Shown here: positions 50,257 to 59,254 of the stretch, one piece after another | Position numbering within the stretch: the stretch's first letter is position 1 | Layout: each line of letters starts with the position of its first letter | Source: Candidatus Bathyarchaeota archaeon | Lineage (GTDB): Archaea; Thermoproteota; Bathyarchaeia; 40CM-2-53-6; DTDX01 | Assembly: GCA_018396775.1 (NCBI GenBank) | Contig: JAGTRF010000002.1 | Location: 14,069-78,068, forward strand | Length of the DNA: 64,000 bases | Direction: 5' to 3' | The notes under the pieces: generated by a model | Database searches by the model: none | Told to the model about the DNA's origin: nothing | What the model saw: only the letters and a program-made list of their open reading frames with translations | Translations under genes and position numbers: made by a program

Positions 50257-50772
50257 ATGCTGGAAACTTTAAAAATTCATGGAATAGAGCTTAAACATCC
50301 TGAAGAATGGGTAATTCACCCAATAATTAAATTGGAAAGACTTAGAGGAGAAATTGCTTTTTCCTCTAGCGAACAAAAAAGCGCAACGCCTAAGCTTATG
50401 CTTTCATGGAAACCTTTAGAGCAATCTAAAAGAAAATATAATTCACCTGAAGATCAAGCTGAAGCAACTATAAAAATAATGCGGAAAGACAGCTCATTAA
50501 AATCTCTTGAAATAATTAATCATGAAGAAATTAATGTTAACAACCATAAAGCAAGCTTTTATAATATTAAAATAACCCTTTATAAACCAGCTTTAATAAT
50601 GATTAAACCAAAATTCACAATTAAAATCGTAAAATTTGCAATGCTTTTCTGCGAAGAATCTGACCGCTCAATAACACTTTACTCTGAGCTAGAAGAAACA
50701 GAAGAAAAAGAAGATGTATTTAAAGAAATTCTTTCATCACTAATATGCCATTCAACCAAGCGTAAAATTTAA
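50257..50772 (+). CDS. Hypothetical protein, possible PsbP/Mog1-like fold
   Basis: HPEEW near N-terminus; FKEILSSL near C-terminus. Confidence 0.5.
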   Translation: MLETLKIHGIELKHPEEWVIHPIIKLERLRGEIAFSSSEQKSATPKLMLSWKPLEQSKRKYNSPEDQAEATIKIMRKDSSLKSLEIINHEEINVNNHKASFYNIKITLYKPALIMIKPKFTIKIVKFAMLFCEESDRSITLYSELEETEEKEDVFKEILSSLICHSTKRKI

Positions 50773-50818
50773 ATTCTTATTACAGCTTGATTATTCAGCG
50801 TTAAAATTAAATTGAAGA

Positions 50819-52204
50819 ATGAGGAATGAAAATTTGCCTCCTATAAGTTTTATTGAAGTTTTAAATCGAAGCTTGACAGGTCCAGTTTCATCAGAAAAAG
50901 AGTTTGATTATAAAGTTGGCATGAAATTAAGAGAGCTTGTAAAAAAATATGATATTAAATATAATCCAGAAAACCCAATCCCATCTGACAATAGTTTAGC
51001 TGATGATGTATTTAAAGCAGCTGTAGAATTTTATACTGATGTAGGCACTTATTGCATGGATACCGAGCGAAGAATAACATTTACAGAGGATGAAATTAAA
51101 GAAGGAATAAAAAATGTGCCACATGCAACCCTTTTTGGGGAAGGAAATGAAGCAAAATTTTTCTCTGCTAGAACGCTTGAAAGCTCTGAGCATCCATGGT
51201 GTCATGTAGGTGCTGGAATAGCCGTATCCAGTGAAGAACTATTAGTAAAACTTGTTGAAGCTTTTGCAAGCATTCCTGAAACTGATTCCGTAAGCGTTCC
51301 TACATTAACTGAGGTTGATGGCGTTCCTATAAGAACACCGCCATTAGAAGTTTATGGATCAATAAGAATGATTGCTTTAGCTCATGAAGCTATGAAAAGA
51401 GCCGGTCGCCCAGGTTTACCGATTTTAAATTTAGTTTCTACAGCAGCTTCTCAAATAGCTGGAATAGCTGCAACAGCTCCTCAATTTGGGATAAAACCAA
51501 CAGATGGATGGCTTGTAGATGCTTTCCCAGATTTAAAAATGTATAACGATGTTTTAACTAAAGCAGCTTACCTGTTAAACTGGGGCGCAAATATAGGTGC
51601 ATGTTATACACCATTAATAGGTGGATACTCTGGAGGACCTGAAGGAACAGCTATAATGAGTGTTGCTTACTCGATAAACGGGATAATGGTGTTAAAATCA
51701 AGATATCAACTTTACTATGTTTCAAATATAGTAAACGGTTCATCAAGCAGTAGAGACGCTCTTTGGGCTTTATCAGTTAGCGCGCAAGCAATAAGCAGAA
51801 ACATTAAAGTACCTATAATTCATTTATCTTATCAAGCTGCTGGAGCTGCTACAGAAATGCTATTATATGAAATTACAGCAGCTATATTAGCGTCGGTGGC
51901 TTCCGGCATCTCAGTAGAAAGCAACCATCCATCTAAAGCTGTGTTAACCGATCATATAATCCCTATGGAATCTGAATTTTATTGTAAAGTTGCGCATGCT
52001 GTTACTGGCATGAAAAGAAGTGAAGTAAATGAACTTGCAAAAATCCTATTACTTAAATATGAGAAGGATTTAAATAATCCGCCTAAAGGAAAAAAATATC
52101 AAGAATGTTATGATGTTAAAACAGGTAAACCAAAGGAAGAGTATTTAAAATTCTATAAAGTTATGGAGAAAAAAATTATTGATTTAGGAATACAAATTGA
52201 ATAA
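50819..52204 (+). CDS. mtmB: MtmB-family methyltransferase without pyrrolysine
   Basis: LADDVFKAA, YCMDTER, AGRPG, GGYSGGPEG, PKGKKYQECYD; no in-frame TAG. Confidence 0.88.
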   Translation: MRNENLPPISFIEVLNRSLTGPVSSEKEFDYKVGMKLRELVKKYDIKYNPENPIPSDNSLADDVFKAAVEFYTDVGTYCMDTERRITFTEDEIKEGIKNVPHATLFGEGNEAKFFSARTLESSEHPWCHVGAGIAVSSEELLVKLVEAFASIPETDSVSVPTLTEVDGVPIRTPPLEVYGSIRMIALAHEAMKRAGRPGLPILNLVSTAASQIAGIAATAPQFGIKPTDGWLVDAFPDLKMYNDVLTKAAYLLNWGANIGACYTPLIGGYSGGPEGTAIMSVAYSINGIMVLKSRYQLYYVSNIVNGSSSSRDALWALSVSAQAISRNIKVPIIHLSYQAAGAATEMLLYEITAAILASVASGISVESNHPSKAVLTDHIIPMESEFYCKVAHAVTGMKRSEVNELAKILLLKYEKDLNNPPKGKKYQECYDVKTGKPKEEYLKFYKVMEKKIIDLGIQIE

Positions 52205-52239
52205 AGTTTATAAAAATAACAAATGGAGGGAAAATTAGG

Positions 52240-52884
52240 TTGTCTTCTAAAGAAGAGATTTTAAATAAGGTTGTTTTGGATTTGTTTAGTTATGATGTTG
52301 ATGGTATTAGGGTTGATGTTGAAAAGGCTTTAGAAAAAGGTTTTTCGCCTTTAGAGGTTATTAACGCCTTATCTAATGGTATGCGTGAGATTGGTGATAA
52401 GTTTGCTAGGCTTGAGCTTTTCTTAACTGATTTAATGATGGCTGGTGACACGATGAAGGCTGCTTTAGAAATATTACTGCCTAAAATTCCTAAAGATAAA
52501 GCTGTAAGTAAAGGCAAAATTGTTATTGGAACTGTTAAAGGGGATATTCATGAAATAGGCAAGAATATTGTTTCAGCCATGTTGACAGCTTCAGGTTTTG
52601 AAGTTTACGATTTAGGGAAGGATGTTCCAGCTTCAAGGTTTCTTGAGGAAGCTGAGAAATTTAAAGCTAATATTATAGGCGCTTCAGCATTAATGACAAC
52701 AACAATACCCGCCTTAAAAGATTTAATAGAATATGTTAAGGCTAAAGGCTTAAGAAATAAATATAAAATAATAGTTGGTGGAGGACCAGTAACAAAAGAA
52801 TATGCGGAGGAAATAGGTGCAGACGCATATGCGGAAAACGCTGTAGAAGCCGTTAAAACAATAAAAAACCTAATAGAAAAATAG
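52240..52884 (+). CDS. mtmC: Methyltransferase cognate corrinoid protein (MtmC-like)
   Basis: GDIHEIGKNIV, SALMTTT, VGGGP. Confidence 0.9.
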   Translation: MSSKEEILNKVVLDLFSYDVDGIRVDVEKALEKGFSPLEVINALSNGMREIGDKFARLELFLTDLMMAGDTMKAALEILLPKIPKDKAVSKGKIVIGTVKGDIHEIGKNIVSAMLTASGFEVYDLGKDVPASRFLEEAEKFKANIIGASALMTTTIPALKDLIEYVKAKGLRNKYKIIVGGGPVTKEYAEEIGADAYAENAVEAVKTIKNLIEK

Positions 52885-52897
52885 AGGAGACACATAT

Positions 52898-54268
52898 ATG
52901 AACTCTGTTAACTTCTTTGAAGTTTTAAAACGCGCTTCATCAGGTCCCATAGTTTCTGAAAAAGAATTTAATATACTGGTTTTTAAAAAGCTTAAAGAAG
53001 TTGTGAAAGAGTACGATATAAAATTTGATGGTGAAACCCCAGTTCCTTTTGATGATAGTTTAGCTGATGATGTATTTAAAGCTGCTTTAGATTTTTATGC
53101 TGATGTAGGCACTTATTGCATGGATACTGAGCGTATAATAAAATTTACAGAGGATGAAATTAAAGAAGGCTTAAAAAATGCTCCTCATAAAGCTTTTTTT
53201 GGAGAAGGAAAAGAAGCGAAAACTTTTATACCTAGAAAACCTGAAAGCAAAGAAACTCCATGGTGTCATGTAGGTGCTGGAATAGCTGTATCTAGTGAAG
53301 AAATTCATTCAAAGTTAGTTGAAGGATACGCTAGCATTCCTGAAGCAGATTCTATAAGCGTTCCAGCATTAGCTTTTATAGAAGGTGTTTCAATAAGGGA
53401 GCCTCCAATAGAATTTTATGGTGCTTTGAAAATGTTAGCTTCAGCTAAAGAAGCTTTAAGAAGAGCCGGTCGTCCAGGCTTACCGATTTTAAATCTTGTT
53501 TCTACAGCGGCCTCTCAAATAGCTGGAATAGCTGCTAGTGCAGCGCAATTTGGCTTAACATCTTCTAACGGATGGTTAGTTCCCACTTATCCAGAATTAA
53601 AAATTGGAAATAATGAGTTATGTAAAATAGCTTATCTGCTTAGTTGGGGAGCAAATATTGGTGCTGAATACTCGCCGTTAATAGGTGGCTACTCTGGTGG
53701 ACCTGAAGGAACAGCAGTAGTGTTTGTTGCTAATTGCATTCAAGGAATACTAGTTTTAAAGTCTACTTATCAACTTGCTTGGATAACAAATGTTATTGAT
53801 AGATGCTCAACTACTAAAGATGCCATATGGGCTTTAGCTGTAAGCGGTCAAGCAATAAGCCGAAATATATCTTTTCCAGTTATTCAATTTCATTATCAAG
53901 CAGCCGGTCCAGCAACTAAAATGCTGCTTTATGAGGTTGCTGCAGGCATGATTGAGATAGTGGCTTCAGGTCAAGCTATAGAAACAGCGCATCCAGCTAG
54001 AGCTGTAGAAATAGATTATGTAACGCCGTTAGAAATGAAATTTTCTGTAGAAATAGCTCATGCAGCAGCAGGAATGAAAAGAACAATGGCAAACGAAATA
54101 GTTAAAGAACTACTAGAAAAATATGAAAATAACATTAAAAATGCTCCTAAGGGAAAAAAATATCAAGAATGCTTTGATTTAAAAACAGGTAAACCTACCG
54201 AAGAATACTTAAGAATATATAATGAAGTGAAAAAAGAGCTTAAAGATATAGGTATCCCATTTGAATAA
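52898..54268 (+). CDS. mtmB: Second MtmB-family methyltransferase without pyrrolysine
   Basis: Same motifs as 50819; no in-frame TAG. Confidence 0.88.
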   Translation: MNSVNFFEVLKRASSGPIVSEKEFNILVFKKLKEVVKEYDIKFDGETPVPFDDSLADDVFKAALDFYADVGTYCMDTERIIKFTEDEIKEGLKNAPHKAFFGEGKEAKTFIPRKPESKETPWCHVGAGIAVSSEEIHSKLVEGYASIPEADSISVPALAFIEGVSIREPPIEFYGALKMLASAKEALRRAGRPGLPILNLVSTAASQIAGIAASAAQFGLTSSNGWLVPTYPELKIGNNELCKIAYLLSWGANIGAEYSPLIGGYSGGPEGTAVVFVANCIQGILVLKSTYQLAWITNVIDRCSTTKDAIWALAVSGQAISRNISFPVIQFHYQAAGPATKMLLYEVAAGMIEIVASGQAIETAHPARAVEIDYVTPLEMKFSVEIAHAAAGMKRTMANEIVKELLEKYENNIKNAPKGKKYQECFDLKTGKPTEEYLRIYNEVKKELKDIGIPFE

Positions 54269-54761
54269 CTTTATAAATTTTTTATTTAAAAGGGGAATCG
54301 GTATGAGTCTAATCTCCCAAAAATGCGTTACAGCTGAAGGCTCTGTAATGAAATTAAGGCAAATTTAGTCATCTCTTATTCTATTGATAAAAAATCTTTA
54401 GTAAACATATGTTAGCTGGAATTCAAAATAACGATTTCGCCTAAAGGCTTTTGGAGGTTTAAATAGTAGTCAAAAGAAAAAATTAGAGAAAGCGTTAAAA
54501 GCCTAAAAATTAATTTGCATTAAGTCTAATGCAACTTATAAAATCGAAATAATAAAAATGAAGCTTTAATAGGTTCAATATGTTCCTGTTTAAAGAAAAT
54601 AAACTTTATTATAAATATAACATAAAAATGTCAATTTTATATTATTTACATCATAATTATTTAAAATAAAGTTTAAAATGGTATTTTTAAATCAAAAATA
54701 GTTAAAGTAAAAATGCTTAATTGCATATATTAAAAGGGTTAAGGGGGCAAAAAAGATTATA

Positions 54762-55943
54762 ATGTTTTTAATTGGTGAAGCTCTCGTCGGCTCTGGACCT
54801 GAAGTAGCCCATATAGATTTAATTATAGGCGATAAAGAAGGCGTTGTAGGGCAAGCTTTCGCTACAGGTTTAGCTAGTTTATCTGCGGGGCATACTCCTT
54901 TAGTAGCTGTTATAAGGCCTAATTTACCGCCTAAGCCCTTCACCTTACTTGTTCCTAAAGTAACAATTAAAAATATGGAACAAGCTGCTAAAGTTTTTGG
55001 TTCAGCTCAAGCAGCTGTAGGTAAAGCTGTGGCAGATGCTGTTGAAGAAGGAATTATTCCAAAAGATAAAATTGATGAATGGGTTATTATATGCAGCGTT
55101 TTTATTCATCCAGAAGCTAAAGATTCAAGGCGAATATACCATTATAATTACAGTGCAACTAAACTAGCGCTTAAAAGAGCTTTAATGAATTATCCAAGCT
55201 TAGAGAAAATAATGTATGATAAGGATAGAGCAACTCATCCGATAATGGGCTTTAGAGTTCCAAGATTATGGATGCCGCCCTACCTTCAAGTAGCTTTAGA
55301 TATTCCAGATTTAGAGAAAACAAAAGCTATTGTAGCTGATCTTCCTAAAAGCGATAGAATAATTCTTGAAGCTGGAACCCCGCTTATAAAAAGATACGGC
55401 GCTAGAGTAATTCAAGAATTAAGAGAAATAGTTAAAGATGTTTTTATAATAGCTGATTTAAAAACGCTTGATGTAGGTCAAGTGGAAGTTGATTTAGCTT
55501 ATGAAGAAACAGCAGATGCAGTTGTAGCATCTGGATTAGCTAGCATAGAAACATTAAATAAATTCATTTATGAAGCTAAAAGGCTTGGAATATACGCTGC
55601 AATAGATATGATGGATGTAGTTAACCCATTAAAGCTTTTAGAGCAATTAACTGATTTACCAGATATAGTTATTATTCATAGAGGAATAGATGAGGAAAAA
55701 ATAAAGAAAACAAGATGGGAATTAATTAAAGAGCTTAAAGAAAAATATAAAGATAAAAAAATGCTTATAGCTATAGCCGGAGGAATAGAGCCTTCAACAG
55801 TTCCTTTAGCTTTAGAATCAGGCGCAGATATAATAGTTGTAGGAAGATATATAACGCAATCAAGAGATGTTAAAAAAGCAGCTAGAGAATTCTTAACTCA
55901 GCTAGGCTTAGACATGGATATATTTAGAGTTCACGTAGAATAG
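54762..55943 (+). CDS. fae-hps: Bifunctional formaldehyde-activating enzyme / 3-hexulose-6-phosphate synthase
   Basis: IGEALVG..EVAHIDL, GHTPL; LQVALD, EAGTPLIK, ADLKTLD. Confidence 0.92.
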   Translation: MFLIGEALVGSGPEVAHIDLIIGDKEGVVGQAFATGLASLSAGHTPLVAVIRPNLPPKPFTLLVPKVTIKNMEQAAKVFGSAQAAVGKAVADAVEEGIIPKDKIDEWVIICSVFIHPEAKDSRRIYHYNYSATKLALKRALMNYPSLEKIMYDKDRATHPIMGFRVPRLWMPPYLQVALDIPDLEKTKAIVADLPKSDRIILEAGTPLIKRYGARVIQELREIVKDVFIIADLKTLDVGQVEVDLAYEETADAVVASGLASIETLNKFIYEAKRLGIYAAIDMMDVVNPLKLLEQLTDLPDIVIIHRGIDEEKIKKTRWELIKELKEKYKDKKMLIAIAGGIEPSTVPLALESGADIIVVGRYITQSRDVKKAAREFLTQLGLDMDIFRVHVE

Positions 55944-56025
55944 AAACTATTTTTCCCCTGCTTTTTTAAAAGCTAATAACTATGGAAAATAACATTTAAT
56001 AAAACCTATCACTTAAATTGTCTTC

Positions 56026-57267
56026 ATGAATTTTAAAGAAAATATTGTCGATTCAAATTTTTTTAAATGGAAACTGCGGATTTTAATAATTTGGAATATA
56101 TTTTACATTTTTTATTATCTTGGTAGAATCCATTATGGGCTTACGCTTCCTTGGATAAAAGAGGATTTAAAGCTTACAATTATAGAGGCAAGTGTTATAG
56201 CTTCAGGAAGCCTTTGGGCTTATGCTTTAGGCAATATTATATTCGGAAGGCTTAGCGATAAATTAGGTTATAAAAAACTGTTGTTTTCAGCTTCAATATT
56301 TACAGCTTTAATGAATTGGATCGCCAGCTTTGCTTTTTCCTTTAAAACTCTTTTAATTCCATTTATAATTAATGGCTTTATTCAAGCAATGGGTTATGCG
56401 CCTGGTGAAGCTATGGTTGCGCAATGGTGGCGAAGAAAAGAATGGGGAACAACAGTTGGTTTTACAGGTTTAAGTGCATCTCTATCTGTTCTTATTGTTT
56501 GGATTATAACCGGTTGGTTTGCTTCAAATTACGGTTGGAGAGCAGCATGGCGATATCCTTTATTAATAACTTTAACAGTTGGAGTAATGCTTTATCTTAT
56601 TGCTAAAGATAAACCAAGCGATGCAGGATTTCCAAGCTATAACGATTTTAACGAAAATAATCAATCTATAAAAGAAAAACTTAACCCTTATATTTATTTA
56701 CTTTCAAATAAAAAATTTCTATTAATTTGTTTTGTTGGCATATTGCTTTTTATCGGTCGATATGGATTAATAACTTGGATACCTTTATATTATGCTGAAA
56801 GCGGAATAGCTTTATCAATTATTCCATTAACAACTATAACGTTGCCTATAGGGCAAGCTTTAGGCGCTATTTCAGCCGGCTTCATTTCAGATAAAGTTTT
56901 TAAATCTAACCGTTACAAAACCGTATGCATATATGCGGTTGCTGGTTGTTTAACTTTAATTGCTTTAGCTTTAACTTCTATTCGCTTAAACCCAATTCTT
57001 TCAATAACGTTATTAGGTTTAGGGGGCTTCTTCACTTTTGGAGCTGCTATACCTGTTTTTGTATTAGCTTTAGAGGCTGGTGGAAGAGAAATAGCTGGAA
57101 CAGCTGTTGGAATCTTCGACTTCTTTTGTTATATAGGTAGTGGTCTTCAAGGCTTAATTATAGGGTTTATACTTTATGCTACAAACTATAATTGGATAAA
57201 AACATTCATAATTTTAGGCATGTTAATTGCTTTCTCAGCAATTTTAATTTTTGCAGCAAGAAAATAA
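56026..57267 (+). CDS. MFS transporter, organophosphate:Pi antiporter (GlpT/UhpT-like)
   Basis: YYLGR, GRLSDK, KDKPSDAG, IGRYG; about 12 TM. Confidence 0.8.
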   Translation: MNFKENIVDSNFFKWKLRILIIWNIFYIFYYLGRIHYGLTLPWIKEDLKLTIIEASVIASGSLWAYALGNIIFGRLSDKLGYKKLLFSASIFTALMNWIASFAFSFKTLLIPFIINGFIQAMGYAPGEAMVAQWWRRKEWGTTVGFTGLSASLSVLIVWIITGWFASNYGWRAAWRYPLLITLTVGVMLYLIAKDKPSDAGFPSYNDFNENNQSIKEKLNPYIYLLSNKKFLLICFVGILLFIGRYGLITWIPLYYAESGIALSIIPLTTITLPIGQALGAISAGFISDKVFKSNRYKTVCIYAVAGCLTLIALALTSIRLNPILSITLLGLGGFFTFGAAIPVFVLALEAGGREIAGTAVGIFDFFCYIGSGLQGLIIGFILYATNYNWIKTFIILGMLIAFSAILIFAARK

Positions 57268-57311
57268 AAAAGCTAGCTTTAATTAATTGTTCCATTCATA
57301 GATGCTGCGTA

Positions 57312-57698
57312 TTAAAGCTCATCACTTGCAACTGTTTTTACATATTTTTTACCTATTTTATAAAGCTTTGAATCATCTGTAACTAATGTTAAGTTGTTAT
57401 CTATCGCAGCTTGAATATATGATGCATCATAATAGGTTATACCTTCTTCTAAAGCCATTTTTAATATTTTTAAGGCATTTTCAGGTTTTAGCTTCTTTAA
57501 CCTATTGAAGACTTCAATTAAAGAATCTAATGCTATTCTTGCCTCATCAGCTTCTATAGCTTTATATAAATAAACCTGCTTCCAAATAGCATTTCCCAAC
57601 TCATAAAACGTTAAACTTAAAGTCCATCCTTCAAGCAGTTTATCCAATTTTTTTTCTCCACATAAGTTTATTATAGCTGAAGAGTCAAAAAGATTCAT
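57312..57698 (-). CDS. vapC: VapC PIN-domain toxin
   Basis: FDSSA, YELGNAIWK, YDASY, LVTDD. Confidence 0.88.
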   Translation of the reverse strand: MNLFDSSAIINLCGEKKLDKLLEGWTLSLTFYELGNAIWKQVYLYKAIEADEARIALDSLIEVFNRLKKLKPENALKILKMALEEGITYYDASYIQAAIDNNLTLVTDDSKLYKIGKKYVKTVASDEL

Positions 57699-57922
57699 CT
57701 CTCTTCTCTACTCTCCCTTAAAGATTTAATCCAAGCCTCTTCGCTAACTTTTTTTATAATTTTGCTCGCTTCTTCAACCTTTTTATAAAGGCGTTGTTTC
57801 ATTCTTTCCTCCACTTCCTCTTCAAGCGCTCTTTTAATAACTTCAGAAGGTTTTATTCCTAGCTCAGAAAGCTTTTTTCTAAGCTCTTCATCGATTTTGG
57901 CTGAAACAGTTACATACCTCAA
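57695..57922 (-). CDS. vapB: VapB/RHH-type antitoxin
   Basis: TVSAKI...SEVIKRALEEEV...LRESRE; overlaps vapC by 4 nt. Confidence 0.82.
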   Translation of the reverse strand: MRYVTVSAKIDEELRKKLSELGIKPSEVIKRALEEEVEERMKQRLYKKVEEASKIIKKVSEEAWIKSLRESREER

Positions 57923-58196
57923 TTATACCACCAATATGTATTACATAATTTTACTATATAAATATTACTACTTTATAAGACTCCAATAAAATAAAGTTGA
58001 ATCTTATACACCTGAAAAACCCTAATTTACTACTCACCCTTAAAATTTAACAATCTAAAGGAGAGGCTTTTAAATATGCTGCTCTTACAAAAGAATAAGC
58101 TAAATGCAATATAACGATAGTTGTAAATTAAAAACGTGGAGTCATAAACTAATTTAAGGTATTTAAACCTAACACAATTTAATGAGCAATATAAGA

Positions 58197-58333
58197 TGGT
58201 AGCCCGGGGGAGATTCGAATTCAGGGCTTTAAGCTCTCCCGTCAGCAGGTTGCTTTTCCCTTTTTTAATAGGATCCAGAGCCTTACAGGGGCTTCTGAGC
58301 CCTTGCTATGCTTGACCGCTACACCACCGGGCT
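58197..58333 (-). tRNA. tRNA-Gln(CUG) with three introns (29/30, 37/38, 53/54) and encoded CCA
   Basis: Removing 58303-58283, 58274-58251 and 58235-58220 gives a 76-nt cloverleaf AGCCCGGTGGTGTAGCGGTCAAGCATAGCAGGCTCTGGACCTGCTGACGGGAGTTCGAATCTCCCCCGGGCTACCA; each intron folds into a BHB. Confidence 0.93.
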
Positions 58334-58396
58334 ATAGGCTTCCCCCAGGCTAAGAAATAAGTTTATTTAAAGAGAAAATTAAACTTTTCTTAATTT

Positions 58397-59203
58397 TTAA
58401 ACTGTTTTTAAAACCCTTAAAATTTCTTTGCATAAGTGATTATTTGCAGCTGCTATAAAAGAAGCTTTTTCCTCAGGTGTAACCTTCATGTTCAATTCTT
58501 CCCCATTTAATGAAACAATAACTCCTCCAGCCTCTTTAACTATTAATTGGCTTGCTGCGATATCCACAGCTCTAATCTTATTTCTTGCATCTATAAAAGC
58601 GTCTGTAACGTTGTTTGCTATTTGACAAAGCTCTAACGCGTTAGCTCCAAAATGTCTTGTATGCCGAGCATAATTAAAAAGATTTGCAATCTTTTTTATA
58701 TCTTCACTATTTGTAAAGCATAAATCTAAACCTATTAGAGCTTTATTTAAACTTGTCACATTAGATGTATGGACTTCATTATTATTTAAATATGCTCCTT
58801 TATCTTTTTCAGCGTAATAAACATCTCCATTTACAAGATCCATAACTAAACCTGCATAAACACTTTTTAAAAATAAAGTTTTAGAAACAGCTAAGGAACA
58901 GCAATAAAAATTTATGCCTCTTAAAGCGTTTAATGTGCCATCTATAGGATCAAGAATTATAAATTCTTTAGGTTTTTCCCCCAGCTTTTTTACCCCAGCT
59001 TCCTCGCTTACTAAAATGCATGAAACATTAAGTTTATTTAAAGTTTCAATTACCGTTTTCTCCGCTATATAATCCACTTTTCTAGTTATATCCCCTCCAG
59101 CTCCTTGACCCAATTCTTCACCAGCTTCCTTTAAGCTTAACGTTAACTTCACGTTTCTCTTAACCTCTTCACAAGTTTCCCTTAAAATTTTAAACCAATC
59201 CAT
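58397..59203 (-). CDS. suhB: Inositol monophosphatase/FBPase
   Basis: SEE, DPIDGTLN, DIAAS. Confidence 0.9.
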   Translation of the reverse strand: MDWFKILRETCEEVKRNVKLTLSLKEAGEELGQGAGGDITRKVDYIAEKTVIETLNKLNVSCILVSEEAGVKKLGEKPKEFIILDPIDGTLNALRGINFYCCSLAVSKTLFLKSVYAGLVMDLVNGDVYYAEKDKGAYLNNNEVHTSNVTSLNKALIGLDLCFTNSEDIKKIANLFNYARHTRHFGANALELCQIANNVTDAFIDARNKIRAVDIAASQLIVKEAGGVIVSLNGEELNMKVTPEEKASFIAAANNHLCKEILRVLKTV

Positions 59204-59254
59204 CTTAACTTTTCGCCTCCTCGATTTTACATTATTTCAGCTTTAAATCAATTT

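Noticed and set aside
28791-54268. Pyrrolysine (amber) recoding in mttB/mtmB
   Set aside because: All three genes are full length with no in-frame TAG, and no pyl genes or tRNA-Pyl are seen in the window.
54290-54510. Possible small gene or pseudogene after the second mtmB
   Set aside because: An RBS-like sequence and ATG are present, but all frames stop early and no family is recognisable.
46079-58196. Genomic island integrated at the tRNA-Gln 3' end
   Set aside because: vapBC adjoins the tRNA, but no integrase or duplicated tRNA 3' end was found. The GCAATATAA repeat near 58106/58186 is too short to count.
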